A DNA stretch of 64,000 bases from Orbicella franksi (Eukaryota): positions 23,374,001 through 23,438,000 of the forward strand of contig OZ116700.1 in NCBI GenBank assembly GCA_964199315.1. The letters are read 5' to 3'. The notes beneath the pieces were generated by a model that saw only the letters and a list, made by a program, of their open reading frames with translations, was not told the origin of the DNA and did not search any database. Within the stretch, counting starts at the first letter, position 1. Each line of letters begins with the position of its first letter. Shown piece after piece: positions 23,001 to 35,162 of the stretch. The position numbers and the translations under genes are program-made.

Positions 23001-24609
23001 CATTTTGAAAACAGGCTTTTTGATGACGATGGCGTCAGGATAAACATGTGGTTTTCCTCAAAAACAAATCCAAAATGGCCGACTATATTGCGCTTTGAAC
23101 CTGGGGAATGATTGAAATAAGCGTCTTGGGGGATAAGAATATTTTAAAACGGAAACTTCTTGAGGGAATCCTGCGTAACAGAACAATAAATTTAAACTCT
23201 TGACCTTTTTTGACAAAATAGCCTAATGTTAGTTGAGGATCAAGAACTGGAATTACCGGAATAATTTATACTTGAAGCGGAGAAATTTTAAACGGAAAGA
23301 AAATTCTATTCTTGTTTAACCGATTTGACCATGGTGGTGAATATAGACAAACCATTGCACAGGTCATTAACAAAATCTGTTACATTCCACACACAGGTTT
23401 TCTTTCCGGCATGGCTGGGAAATTTATTTACTTGCCACCTACAGGAGAGAACGCCTATTCCAGACTTTTCTTGGTTTAAAATATACTTTTAATATTTTGC
23501 ATATTTTCCTCAAAAAAAATTGAACAAAGCGTGGATGGTAATTTGTATACCCCACTTGGTAAAATTCGCTATTTATTTTCAAATGTCAGTTCCTTAACAG
23601 TGCTAGTGGCTTGTCGAGAATTCAGAGAAACGGAGAATCGAAGTATAGTCGCTTATTACGAACAGACTCGCTATCGGTATTTGTTGAGTACATGTAAAAA
23701 GCTTTCATGCGTGTCAAAACAAATGGCAAAAAAATTAACCAGAGCCGATGACTAATTATTACGTTGCGTTCCCGCCGCAAGAATAAAAAACTAGCCAATC
23801 AGCATAGCTGTAGTATCTTCTGACCAATTAGAGCACGGATTAGTTTACTGACGAGAAGTTCAGATACCGAAGGAAGAAAAGTAAATTTGTGAAGTGATGA
23901 TCGCTCTGGTTGGGGTTTGCACGGAGTTCGTGGGGAAACTTAGGTCAGTGAATTAATTTTTCTGCAAGAAATTTCTGTTATATTTGCATTACAATTAGTA
24001 TTTAAGAATAGATATATTAGCGGGGTTTGTTCCTATTGCAGTCGAGAAATGATTAGCTTACTTAAAACAGTGCTGATGATGTTCTTGGCAAATTCAGCTC
24101 AGGTTTATAAGCTTAGCTCAGTTGGTCGCTTTGTATTTTTCGAAACGACTTAGGCTTTAAAACTCCCACAAATTTGTGTCTAACCGCTAAGCAAACAATG
24201 CGTGGATTTATAGCATTCATCACTTCAGCTTACCAATTCTCATTGAAATGAAAAATGTCTTTATGTAAACACTGGTTTTTCTTTCTTTAAAAAATGGACA
24301 TTGTTTGTACTAACAAAATTTCGATTGGTGCTAGACGTAATATTTAAACAACATAAGCTTTAATGGGAGTAAGAAAATTTTTTGTCAGGCTTCTAATTCG
24401 ATAACGTTTGCAGTGGGTAATTATTTAATGAAGGCATCTCTTGATATTGGCTTGGCTTTTCAAAGCTTTCTTGGTCTTGAACTTCCAAAACATTTAATTA
24501 TCTTGTTCATGTATCTTCAAAACATTCATGTATCTTAAGTACTATTTGAAATTTACTAATTGAAATGGGATTTTTTTTTCTGGGGCCAGTGGGGGAGAGA
24601 CCTTTCTAA

Positions 24610-25265
24610 GGGTCTGTTCACATGGAAGCGGGGGACCCCGGGGAGATGAGGTACCTCACCTACCCCTGGTAAAGAAATACTTGCCTTCACATGTAACCCC
24701 AGGGACTTGGAGTGAGGTCCAAAATGTAATGCAATTGCATGGTCGCTAAGCATGCACATAAACAGAGAACTAACATTTGTTTTCTTCGTTTGTTCAGATG
24801 AAGCTGCTTTTCGCTTCAGTGTCATTGTTATTGTTGCAGACAAAACTTCAGTTTGATTCTGCTGATTAACCTGACTATCTGATTCCACGCTTAACTTTTC
24901 CAGCACTGTCAATTTCATCAGAGTTTTGGCAGTTTTGGTAGTGAAATCGTTGAAATAACTCGCCATGCTTGTAGTGGCTGGCAGCCACATTGTTCTGCCT
25001 TGTGTTTTGGCAGGCTTTGGCACAGTGATTTCATTACCCTGGTTAGGTGCGTTACCCTACTCCGCAGTTTTCACGTGGAGAAAACTCACCCCACTCAAGT
25101 GGGTCACCTGGACTGGCTGCCCAGGTAACCCGCCTTGGTGGGGTATCCCACCTAACATATGAACGTGATCAAGAAAAAAGAGAGATTGTATGGATTGATT
25201 GGTTACCCCACCAAGGCGGGGGACCTCACCTGCCTGAGGTCCCTGATGTCCATGTGAACAGGCCC
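24610..25265. mobile_element. PIF/Harbinger-like non-autonomous element
   Basis: TAA-GGGTCTGTTCACATGGA...TCCATGTGAACAGGCCC-TAA, with a 3-bp TAA TSD and subterminal inverted repeats. Confidence 0.8.
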
Positions 25266-25509
25266 TAAGTCAAACATGGACTGAAATATATTTTTCTTTC
25301 CTCTTGGCAGTACACACTAGTGCCAAAGGGAATACCCTCTTTCCTACATTCTGAACAGGGTTTTGGCAAATGACAACCAAATATTCAACAAGAATAATAT
25401 TCTTTATTTACAAATGTATTTACAAGTACATTATATATATACAACATCATCTATAGCCCCTTAATGTATCCTACACCCATCTTTATCCCTCTCTAATGTA
25501 TTCCATTAT

Positions 25510-25684
25510 TGTGCAGTTCAGGAAAATATCCATACCCACTCCATGGGGGTTACGGAAGAGGAGGCTTTCAAAAGCCAAAATTTTAAAGAAAAGTATGAAG
25601 CTAGACTGGAATTTCCAGAATGGTGTGGGGTTTAAGCTAAAAATTTTTCCACAGAAGGGTATGGATATTTGCTGGAACTACGCA
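25510..25684. mobile_element. Short MITE, copy 1
   Basis: TIR TGTGCAGTTCAGGAAAATATCCATACCC...GGGTATGGATATTTGCTGGAACTACGCA. Confidence 0.7.
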
Positions 25685-26228
25685 ATTTATACCAACATGG
25701 GTGGTAACTAATACATTTATATCATTTTCTACCTTTATGTATTGGTTTACTGCCCACTCTCTACATTGCCACCGGAAATTTAAATAAAACTAGTATGATG
25801 GGGTCCATACAAAGAAGTTATGTTTTGCTACATATATACTATTATCTGATCATTGAGATGGTCAAATTAATGGTACACTAAATTTGTGTAGAACCATCTA
25901 CAAAGAATTCCAACCTGACTAGATGCTAAATAGATGATCCTTGCTAGGGATGTTAGAAGTTCACTTACAGTGTCTTTAGCCATTTCCAGACAATTGCAAA
26001 CATATAATTTCATGTCAAACACTTCACTACCAGCGACACAATTAGAATTGATTTAACCCATTACATCATGAGTAAGAAAGTACTTGTAGTCATCAAAATT
26101 GTAATGTAACTTCATATTTAGTTTCTTATCCAAAATAAATTGAATTATGCAGAGAGGAAATTTCTTCTCTATCTCTAAAACATGAAAATGTGTGTGTTTA
26201 TCCATAGGATATATCACTAGGCAGTGAA

Positions 26229-26440
26229 TGTGTTGTTCCAGAAAATATCCATGCCCCTCCCACGGAAAGTTTTTCAGCTTGAACCTCCTCCCCCCCCCCC
26301 CCCCCCCCCCACCCCTCTGGAAATTCCATTTTAGTGCCATACTTTCCTTTAAAACATTGGGCTTTTGAATCCCTCCCTCCCCCTTGGAATTTCTGTTAAC
26401 CTTCCTTGGGGTGGATATGGATACTTTCTGGAACTACACA
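26229..26440. mobile_element. Short MITE, copy 2 (same family, internal poly-C)
   Basis: TIR TGTGTTGTTCCAGAAAATATCCAT...ATGGATACTTTCTGGAACTACACA. Confidence 0.7.
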
Positions 26441-27255
26441 ATACTCAAACACTGTTGTACCAATGTTTAAACTCTGGCTGAACTGTTGCATAAAATTATT
26501 ATGGTTTGTATTCATTTTAATATATACTTATAAACAAACAACTAAACAACAGAGTAGTTTTTTGCAACCTTAATAATAATTAATACGATTACAATACATG
26601 TATTGAGAGTTCAAAGGCATTCATTAACATAGCTAAGAATAAGTTGCTATGGATTTAAGGCATTCTGTGAATTGGGAACATTTAAATTTATATAATGTAA
26701 CTTACATCACGCTAGCACTAAATGTCTTTCCCTTGAGCACCATTAACTGGTCAGGCCCTACTCTTTTAGTTGATATTGCCTGGAAAATATTGAAACACTG
26801 AAATTTATTCTGCTATGCAGCACACTCTATACCAATGCTATATTTAACATGGTAATAACACACCTTGCTAAACCTTGATGCAGATCTTTAAGCACTTTCC
26901 TGCTCATCGCAAGAGATTTGCCTATATAAAAGCTTGTGGGTACATAAAACAGGGCTCACATTAATTTTATGGGAGGAAGTAACTGCTAAAATGTGCGCTG
27001 TTCCCATTATGTTAATTCTTGTTATTTTCCGCATCATACTGTCCAAATTGTCTTCCACATTTTAGCCATTAAAATGCACCTTTGCACTATAAACTATGGA
27101 AAACCCTGTGAAAAGAGTCTACAAGCACCTGTCATCAGTAAACACACTGTAGATCATATGAGTACCTAATCTCTCCTGGAACCACATAATGAGCTGTAAA
27201 TTAGCTCTTACAGCCAAAACTGATCAGTTGTTCTGTCCCTAGTCCTCATCAATTC

Positions 27256-30200
27256 TCAAAAGTGAGCAACAATTTCCGACAACATCTGAGAGTAATTCTG
27301 CTCCACATTCAGGGAAGGTAAAGTCACAGACTTGTCACCCTCATGAATTGATACACAAGAGAGTGACGTATTAGCCCCTGTAGTCTGCTTGTTGGAGTTT
27401 TCAAGTGAAAGTTGAGGAAACATCTTTTCTGCCAGGCTATCCATCATGCAGGGGTCCTCTTCCAGTTTTGGCAACTGGCAGTGAGTTAAGTCTGACTGTA
27501 CTCTTCTTGGTCTACAAGGAAAAAATAATTCATATGTGAACTTAGTACAAATATCGCATCATTTTGAACAGTGAATTAATTAAACACACTGCAAATTTTG
27601 TGGGTAGAGGTTGACTTATGCTCTTGAATTTGCTTGAGTACCTGCCCTAGCCATCACTCTCAAAAATTGGCTTGTATACCCTAGGCCTAAGCCGCTTATA
27701 TACAGTGTTAGACTACTAACAGTGCAATACTAACAAATACTAACAATGAGACCCCTTTGCATCGAATGGAAACATTTTTTGACACTTGGAGATTTTGTGT
27801 GCAAATTACAAAACATAACTGTTTTGCTGCATAATTGCCTTATCTTGCTGCAAAATAAAATGTTGTTCAGCTTGGTATAATCATAGTTTTTAATGTTTGG
27901 GAATTTCTGTTCAGTAATTATGTGTCCCATGATTTGAAGAATTTCCCATTTTGGTCATAGCAAGAAATTTGGCATAGTGGTGACACCATTGGAACTGGTG
28001 CAAATGGTGCAAAATGGAAAATGGTACTACCATTTCAGAAGTTCCATTTCTTCTATAAAAATTTCCGGTGGAGTTCATGAACCAAAAATGTGCATTTCAT
28101 TCACATTGTGACCAGAATTTCCAGAATTTTTTGTAAAATTATGGAAAAACAACCACTTTGTCAAATTTTATCTCTTTTGTGGAAATAACTCAATGTTAAG
28201 CTACATGTTAAGGTTATTGAAAAACCTCAAATACACTGGAATGAAACAGTTGTTTGTTGATAGGAAGTAAAATCATTGTGAAATTTGTTTTAATGTTGTC
28301 AGATTATAAAATTTAATGAAGTAAGGATTACTTGTGGAGCATTCACCATATGGTAACCACAGCAAATTGTGAAAATTGAACTTTTTGCAAGGGAAGTTAC
28401 TATAGCACAAGGTTACCTGAAATGCCCATGAAATACAAACTATTTTGCGTACAAACTGTTTTGAGTTTGAAAATGAATCTCTGCTTTGTTCTCACTGTAC
28501 ATACTATATTTAAGCTTCCTCGTATGCTGTATACCTGTAATGTCTCAGTCAAGCATTTTACTGTAGCAAATAATGTGCTGTAAGTAGAAGGAATTTATTT
28601 CACCATGCTGATGTTTATGCACTTCAAGCAATATCAAGAAAATCTGTTCAGTTGTTACAGTGTTGAAGGCCTGATATTGGTTCATTTTAAAACTGAATGC
28701 TCAATATACTTGATTGTTGGCTTCCTTTGGTTATGCTGCCTTTGTTAACAAAAAAGAGTTCATTTCCCTTCCCTGCCAATTTAGGACATGGAGTGCAGAA
28801 AATTTTCCTACCGAAGCAAATATCTTGACATATAACACATCACTGTTGGTCCAATACCAATCAGACAATGATGCTTTATAATGCAAACCCCTAGCTAATA
28901 AACACTGTCTCAAAAGTTTGAGTAGAATTAAATAATTTCCAAGTAGCTCAATGGTTTTTAGTAAGTATTTTTTGACTGGGGAGGTAAAATTACACACCAT
29001 ATCTTCTGCACTGTGAAACAAAATCTGTCACTAGTTGCAACTACAGTGTAGTTAGCAAACAAAAACAATTGTGTAGTCACACATGGTTAACAATATGATG
29101 AATATGCATGACTTAACCAATATGAACTGTAGGTGAAACTTATATGTGAGCAACTGACCACCATGTGAAAATATAACATATATATAATGTAAGTTATGGA
29201 CACAGCTGTTTTTTTAACTAGTTGATGTAAAAACATGAACACAACCAAATGTTTTATACTAGTATTAGGTACATGTACTATGGGTATGTTTGCTGTGCTT
29301 CTGCCTATGCATGGCAGTCAATTAAGTATGTTGTTTTGTACCTTCAGTACCTAACAAAAGTGGAACGTGTTCAAACAGAACCCTAACATAGAGCACTAGC
29401 ATGACCAAAACAAAATTCAGTTTTCAAACAAAGACAATGGCTTCCTGTGATAAAGATACTAGGGAGCTTAAACAAATCATGACGACAACGGCAACAAGAA
29501 CGTCACTAAACAAAAGGTTTAATGACCAAAACAATGGCTGTGCACATGGGTTATAATTCTTGGTACATATCTTTGCCTTCTGCAAAACAACAGCGTGAAA
29601 TGACCAAGTTCTGCGTCGTCTACTGAACGTGGACGACAACGGCTAATTTTTCGTATTTCCATTTGGAATTGAACAATGTCATTGCATATTTAGCCTGAGC
29701 ACGTTTTTAGAGCCATTGGCGTACCGAACAGATCTAGACAATCGTGAATTTTGCTGGTAAAATATAAATTCATTTTCTACTAGGCGTCGTCCTCGACGTC
29801 GTCATCGTCGGTGCCTAAGCTCCCTACTGTGATTTGGAGGTGTTAAGATTAAAATTAATGAAGACACTTTAAGAATTTTCTTCTTTAATTTCACTTGTTA
29901 GAATAGAGTGCAAGCAGGGTGTGGTTTTGGTTTAATCAGTCCTCATGCCAGTTTTATCAATCTCTTGACCGCAGACAACAATTTAGCCCCTGGCTTTGAT
30001 TAATGAGAACCTCTGTCTGACACATGAGCCACAATGAAACGTTCTAAGATGCTTTTGATTGTTATGCCCCTAGGACAAACTCATCAAGTCTGCTGACATA
30101 ATGATTGCAAAGTAATTTATATGAAAGAACCCAGACTGCCAAAAAAAAAAATTAGGTACATTCATGTCCAAAATATTATTTATCTTTGTTCCTTAAACCT

Positions 30201-33200
30201 AAGTACTAAATGTGAGGGTGTGCCATATTATATTACACCTCTAAATGAAGAGTGATCTTATTCATAGTAACAGTGTTTCAGTGGCTGGTTACAACTCCTT
30301 TGTTTGAAGTTGTTAAATATCTTGAAGTTCCACTATCACTCTGCTAACTAAGGAATGTTGCTGTTTGAATTAACCCATCACTCTACTTTTGGTATAAACT
30401 GGGATGCCTGGCCAGTTATAATACTTATAACTTAGTGAACTTGCACAAGGGATCTAGTATAGACAGTGATGACTCAGTTGTTAAGACTTGTGGAGACTGA
30501 TTGTTATTAAGACCATCTTGTCTCCTTTTTTAAATGGCTATTGTGTGGTTAGTTTTGTTTTCCACATAGCCTGAACCTCCTTCAGCTGTTTTATGTAAAA
30601 CAACCCAAACAATGATTAATTTCCGTTCAAAGGGCACTGGATTTTCCAGCCCGGTGTGAGAGAATTTTTAGGTGAAGCTAAGTGGTTAGTGAAAGTTAGT
30701 GGCAATCAGGATGGTTTTAAATTGTATATTTTATACTGCTGATGGACGGGATCAGTTAATACAATAACATGTGCAGTCTGTTGCATCAGGCAGCAGGATT
30801 CTAGCAGGAAGTCTACAAATTTTTATTGTGTACAGAAAAAAGTAAGGTAAATTCTCACCTTCCTCTTCGGATCACAAATTTCTTTGTCTTGTCCTCCTCT
30901 ACAGTCTCAAATAATTTTAAAAGTTGTTCTTGTGGAGAAGTAATCACCAACTTAGGCTCCTTTGGAGGTCGAGGCAAATATTTCTCTTCTGGAGGAGTCA
31001 CTGGCCTTACTTTGCTAACATCATAACTTGTGTTGTTGGCATTGTGAAATAATGGTGGTAATGATGATAGTGTCCCTTCTGTGCTCATTGAGCTATTCTG
31101 GATATCCTTTGGTTCTTGCCAAAATGACTGAGGCAGAGCTCGCATTCTCATTGGAAGAGGACCTGTCATAGTTAAGTGAAACATGAGCTTTTTTTTTATT
31201 TGGTTGAAATGTAAGTTTAAGTTATGCACTGATCAATGAGATACTTGCCACTTCAAAATTGAGAACACAAATTCTGCTTGGCAAGATTTACTCATCTATA
31301 TTGTTGTGAAATGAAAATCAAAGAACACTCATCTTTGGAAGGGTGCCCAACATTACTCCTCCTGAGGTGTTGAAAGTACGTTAACAGTTCCTTGAAGTAT
31401 GACTCATGGCACTGTACTGTGCCATATCCAAAAAAATTAAAATAATACCTCTTGTGAGTGGGAATCTAAAGAGTTGGTTTGGTTGTATTGAAACTACATA
31501 TCTAAATATGTATCACTGCTAGTAGCTTCACTCAATAAAATCTATTAAAGGCTCCTTAAAAGCCCTTAAATTAACATTACTTTGAGACCTGCTGCCTTAT
31601 GAGAAGTTGTGATATTGACTAATTTTTGTTCTAGCATTCTATTTTTAATTTGTCCGGTACGTTCGTTACCTTAGCTAAAAGTAAGGATATTAAATGAAGC
31701 TGATTCTTATCAAATTGCATTGGTGCAACTGTGAAGTTCTTTCACTGTTTGATATTTCCTACCGATTTGCTCAGCTTAAGCATATTTCTCAAATTTCTGT
31801 GTTATATAATTTGTCAAACATGTTGAATTGAATTCAGGCATTACAAGTGGAACTCTTTGCCAGCTGTTAAAAAGATATATATATCATGTGTAGCTTATCA
31901 GCATGCCTGTGGACAGTTAATATTTCAATGTAGACCCATATTAACCCTACAGCACATCTAGCCAGACTGTCTGGCTTGCTCTTCTCCTGTTCAACCACGC
32001 CTGAGATTCATTACCTAAAGATTTATGTTTCTGAATACAATACTATGACTCTTACCCACACATGTACTTTTTACAATCTGTGAGCGTTTGAAAATTGAGG
32101 CCAAAAATGACCCAAAACAAATCTTATTTTAGCTTTGTTGGCTTAACCAAATGATTAGCTCTATGATGTTAATCTAAACACTAACTAAACTAGGATATTT
32201 TGCAGCGGACTCTAGTTTATCAAAACTTAAGATAAAAGTCCATTGCCTCCTAATATATTTAATATTCAATCTTGATTTCAGAAGCCTTTTAACCATTTAC
32301 CACTGAGTTACGTACTTTTTCTTGAAGCAAATATCAAGAAAATAGAGCTTAATGAAAGATCATTGGCAAGTGCAGGAAACATAAAATCCATTTTGTAGAT
32401 ATAAGTACCATTTTGTGTTAATGAAAATAAGAAATCATTTTCAGTGATGTATATCAAATATTACTGCTTTGTATTAAGATCTTTCCCAGAGATTGTATTA
32501 AGAAAAGGGAATTATTATTCTATTACACTGAAGGCAATTTTAGACCAAATGTGACATGTTACAGAGATGTGAGGTAATTGATACTAAAGTTGGCTTGTAA
32601 TCACAAGAATAACAGCATTCCAAGTTTTGCAAAATCTTTAAAAACAACAATATTTAAGGTTCAAAGCATTCGGATTAATTCCAATTTCAGGTATTAATCA
32701 CACAGCATGTAGAAATTGCTTTGGATGAAAAGTTTCTCTGCTCTTTTTATTGAGATCAAAACGTGAAATCATAAGATTTGAAAATGTTGGCTGCAATATC
32801 GTGTCTGAGATCTGTTATGTCCATTGTTAGCTGTGAGTTGACAACAAGGAAAGAGAAATTAATGGCTGGTAAATGCACTTGCTTTTCTATAGAAGTCATT
32901 TATCAGTTGTCCTGCAAGTTGACAAGTGAATGTCAAATTAGGCCTGTTGTATTCCACATCAAGACTACTGAACAATCGCTGTCACTTGTCACTATACACG
33001 CATGCACCCCTGCATGCACCGTGCATATGTGCATCAGAAATTTGTTTGAACCCTGATAAAAAGTGACCTTTTGCTGCCACAAATCGCTTTTTCATACTTG
33101 TAAACCTTTATCAGTCTGCGGAAAAGTAGAATAAAATAGACGATGTCTGTGGTGGATGTTGCTCTTTTGATCTGCACGTTAGTGAACAGTTTTATTATTT

Positions 33201-35162
33201 ACGAAACTTTTGACCGTCAACTTGATATACTTAAAAAAGAAAAAACCAGAAAAAGGTCGATCTAAGTTAACAAAGGAGTGGAACCGACAACTCTGTCCTT
33301 TAATATATTCTTCTAGTCCCAATGAAAACCATTACCTGTATAACTTCGGCACAGTGAAGCGTAAATATACTTTCCTCAGTGATTAGTTTTAGAATTAACA
33401 TACTGCATACGTGTAGGAACTGTTACGCTAAATTTCTCTGATTTATTTGAAACTACATGCGCATTACACGAGCAAGTGTTACATCTAAGTGCAGTTGTTC
33501 AGATGAACTTAAGTATACAGGAGATATCGCACATATCGCGCACAGTTGTATTATGTATATCTGTCCGTGTTCGTCTATCCAAAACGTTAAGTGCCACAAC
33601 ATCTTTTGTGATGATGCCATCTTCACCTCGTACATTGTGTTGTGTTATACCACCGCTGCTCAGTGTGTAACCTCTGCTAGTTGAGCTCCTATTTCTGCAT
33701 GTTTCATCAGGGCACAATCATAAAACTACCGCTTAAACATTGAACTGTACATGATACGAAGGCGATTTGTTATGATCATGTTCGCGATTTGCATGACAAG
33801 CATTAGGTTCTGCCATGGTCACGAGATGTTTTAATAGATCTTCGACATGCTTAAAACTGATTTGGCATGTTCAATGCGGGAATTCGCGAAAAAAGGACTA
33901 AATCCTGAAGTATATTGCTTTGTGTGTAAACTGTCCTCATGTCAAATGTACAGTAGCGTGCAGGCATTATTTTACATTGGAAACTTAATAGTATTGCCAT
34001 TTGGTTTCAACTCGTCTTTGCAAACGTGTAATCAGTGAAGCTCGGCACGGTTCGTGCTAAGGAATAGACACCGCAAATAACTCGCTACTGCGCAGAAAGT
34101 TTTTGGCTAAATACAGAGACACTATGTCGATCCACGGACCGGCGGCCACATCACATATGAACGACGTCTATTCAGCTATCCGACGACCCTCTGTGGAAGT
34201 GAAATGTTTATATAAAACAAAGAGCCGCAAGTAAATACGACAACAATATATAAAGCGATTTTCACGAAAAATATGTTTGTTAGGTAAACGATGAACGAAA
34301 CAGAATAGGTGCTCTGGTCGCATACTTGTCTTTGAAAACACTAGCAGCATCGAGGCCGCTGTCAAAATCTAACAGAGCGCAGCTACCGCAGGGCAAGTTA
34401 CTTACCCGGCATTAAAACTATTCCCAAAGCGCAAGCACGCAATAGGAAAGTCACGTAGACTCAGGCCAGACTTATTTGATTGGTAATCTTAGTACAAGCC
34501 AACATCTTGTATCATGAATGAACTCTTGAAAATACAGTCACACCGTGAGAGAAGCTTGCGCTTGTTTTCAAGTAAATGAGATGTCATAAAACTTTCCACA
34601 CCGAAGGCCACTACTGCCGTCGTGATGATTGTACACGGCCAAATTCGTTTATAGCCTTGTTAGTGTTCGATTAGCATACCCCAACCACAAAGTATCACCC
34701 ACCAACCGATTATAGCAAAAATAAATCGTAATTTAAGTTAAATCTTGGTCGATTCACCGCAATCTACTAAGGTAGATCTCATTTGACTACTAATAAAGCG
34801 ATCGAAGGCGGCTGTGGGAGAGTCAGGCATCATTGAGTATCACAAAGTAACGTACCTCGCTTGGGTTTCAGTCTAGCTTCAAGCTTATTGAAGTCTGGTG
34901 ATGTCTCCCTTCGTTTCAGAGTAAGATTCCCAGCTTGGGATAGTAAAAGTCTTTGTTTTCGGCCTCTCTTAGATAGTTCCTTAGCGCCAGTTTCGCGGAT
35001 TGGACTCAACAACGCCGGAGCGGCGACCCTGTTTAGCGAAAGACTCTTGCCTCTCACAACAAGTGGAGGAGGCGATTGAGGGGAAGAAGGTCCGCACGGA
35101 CTTGGAGGAGACCTCCAGTTTAAAGTATCCTTTTGCTGAGTTCGTTTTCGTAGAGGATCCAT
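27256..35162 (-). CDS. Uncharacterised 288-aa protein with a YAP/TAZ/FAM181-type TEAD-binding omega-loop motif, an LxxLFxxV helix and an AT-hook-like motif; 3 exons
   Basis: Exons 35162-34856 (donor G|GTACGT), 31162-30859 (acceptor GACAG, donor AG|GTGAGA) and 27511-27256 (acceptor TTGTAG, stop TGA) join in frame (867 nt). The product contains PMRMRALPQSFWQEP (31154-31110), LLKLFETV (30923-30900) and RRGR|PRR across the exon 2/3 junction. Confidence 0.8.
29461..29825. mobile_element. Harbinger-like MITE
   Basis: ACT-AGGGAGCTTA...TAAGCTCCCT-ACT, with a 3-bp TSD. Confidence 0.7.

Noticed and set aside
24556-25268. 155-aa and shorter ORFs
   Set aside because: They lie inside a Harbinger-like non-autonomous element, with no DDE or Myb/SANT motif recognised.
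33453-33717. Cluster of overlapping ORFs, plus TGATGA/CTGA boxes suggesting a C/D snoRNA or hammerhead
   Set aside because: No terminal stem or rRNA-complementary guide was recognised, and helix II after CTGATGA cannot form. The ORFs lack splice support.
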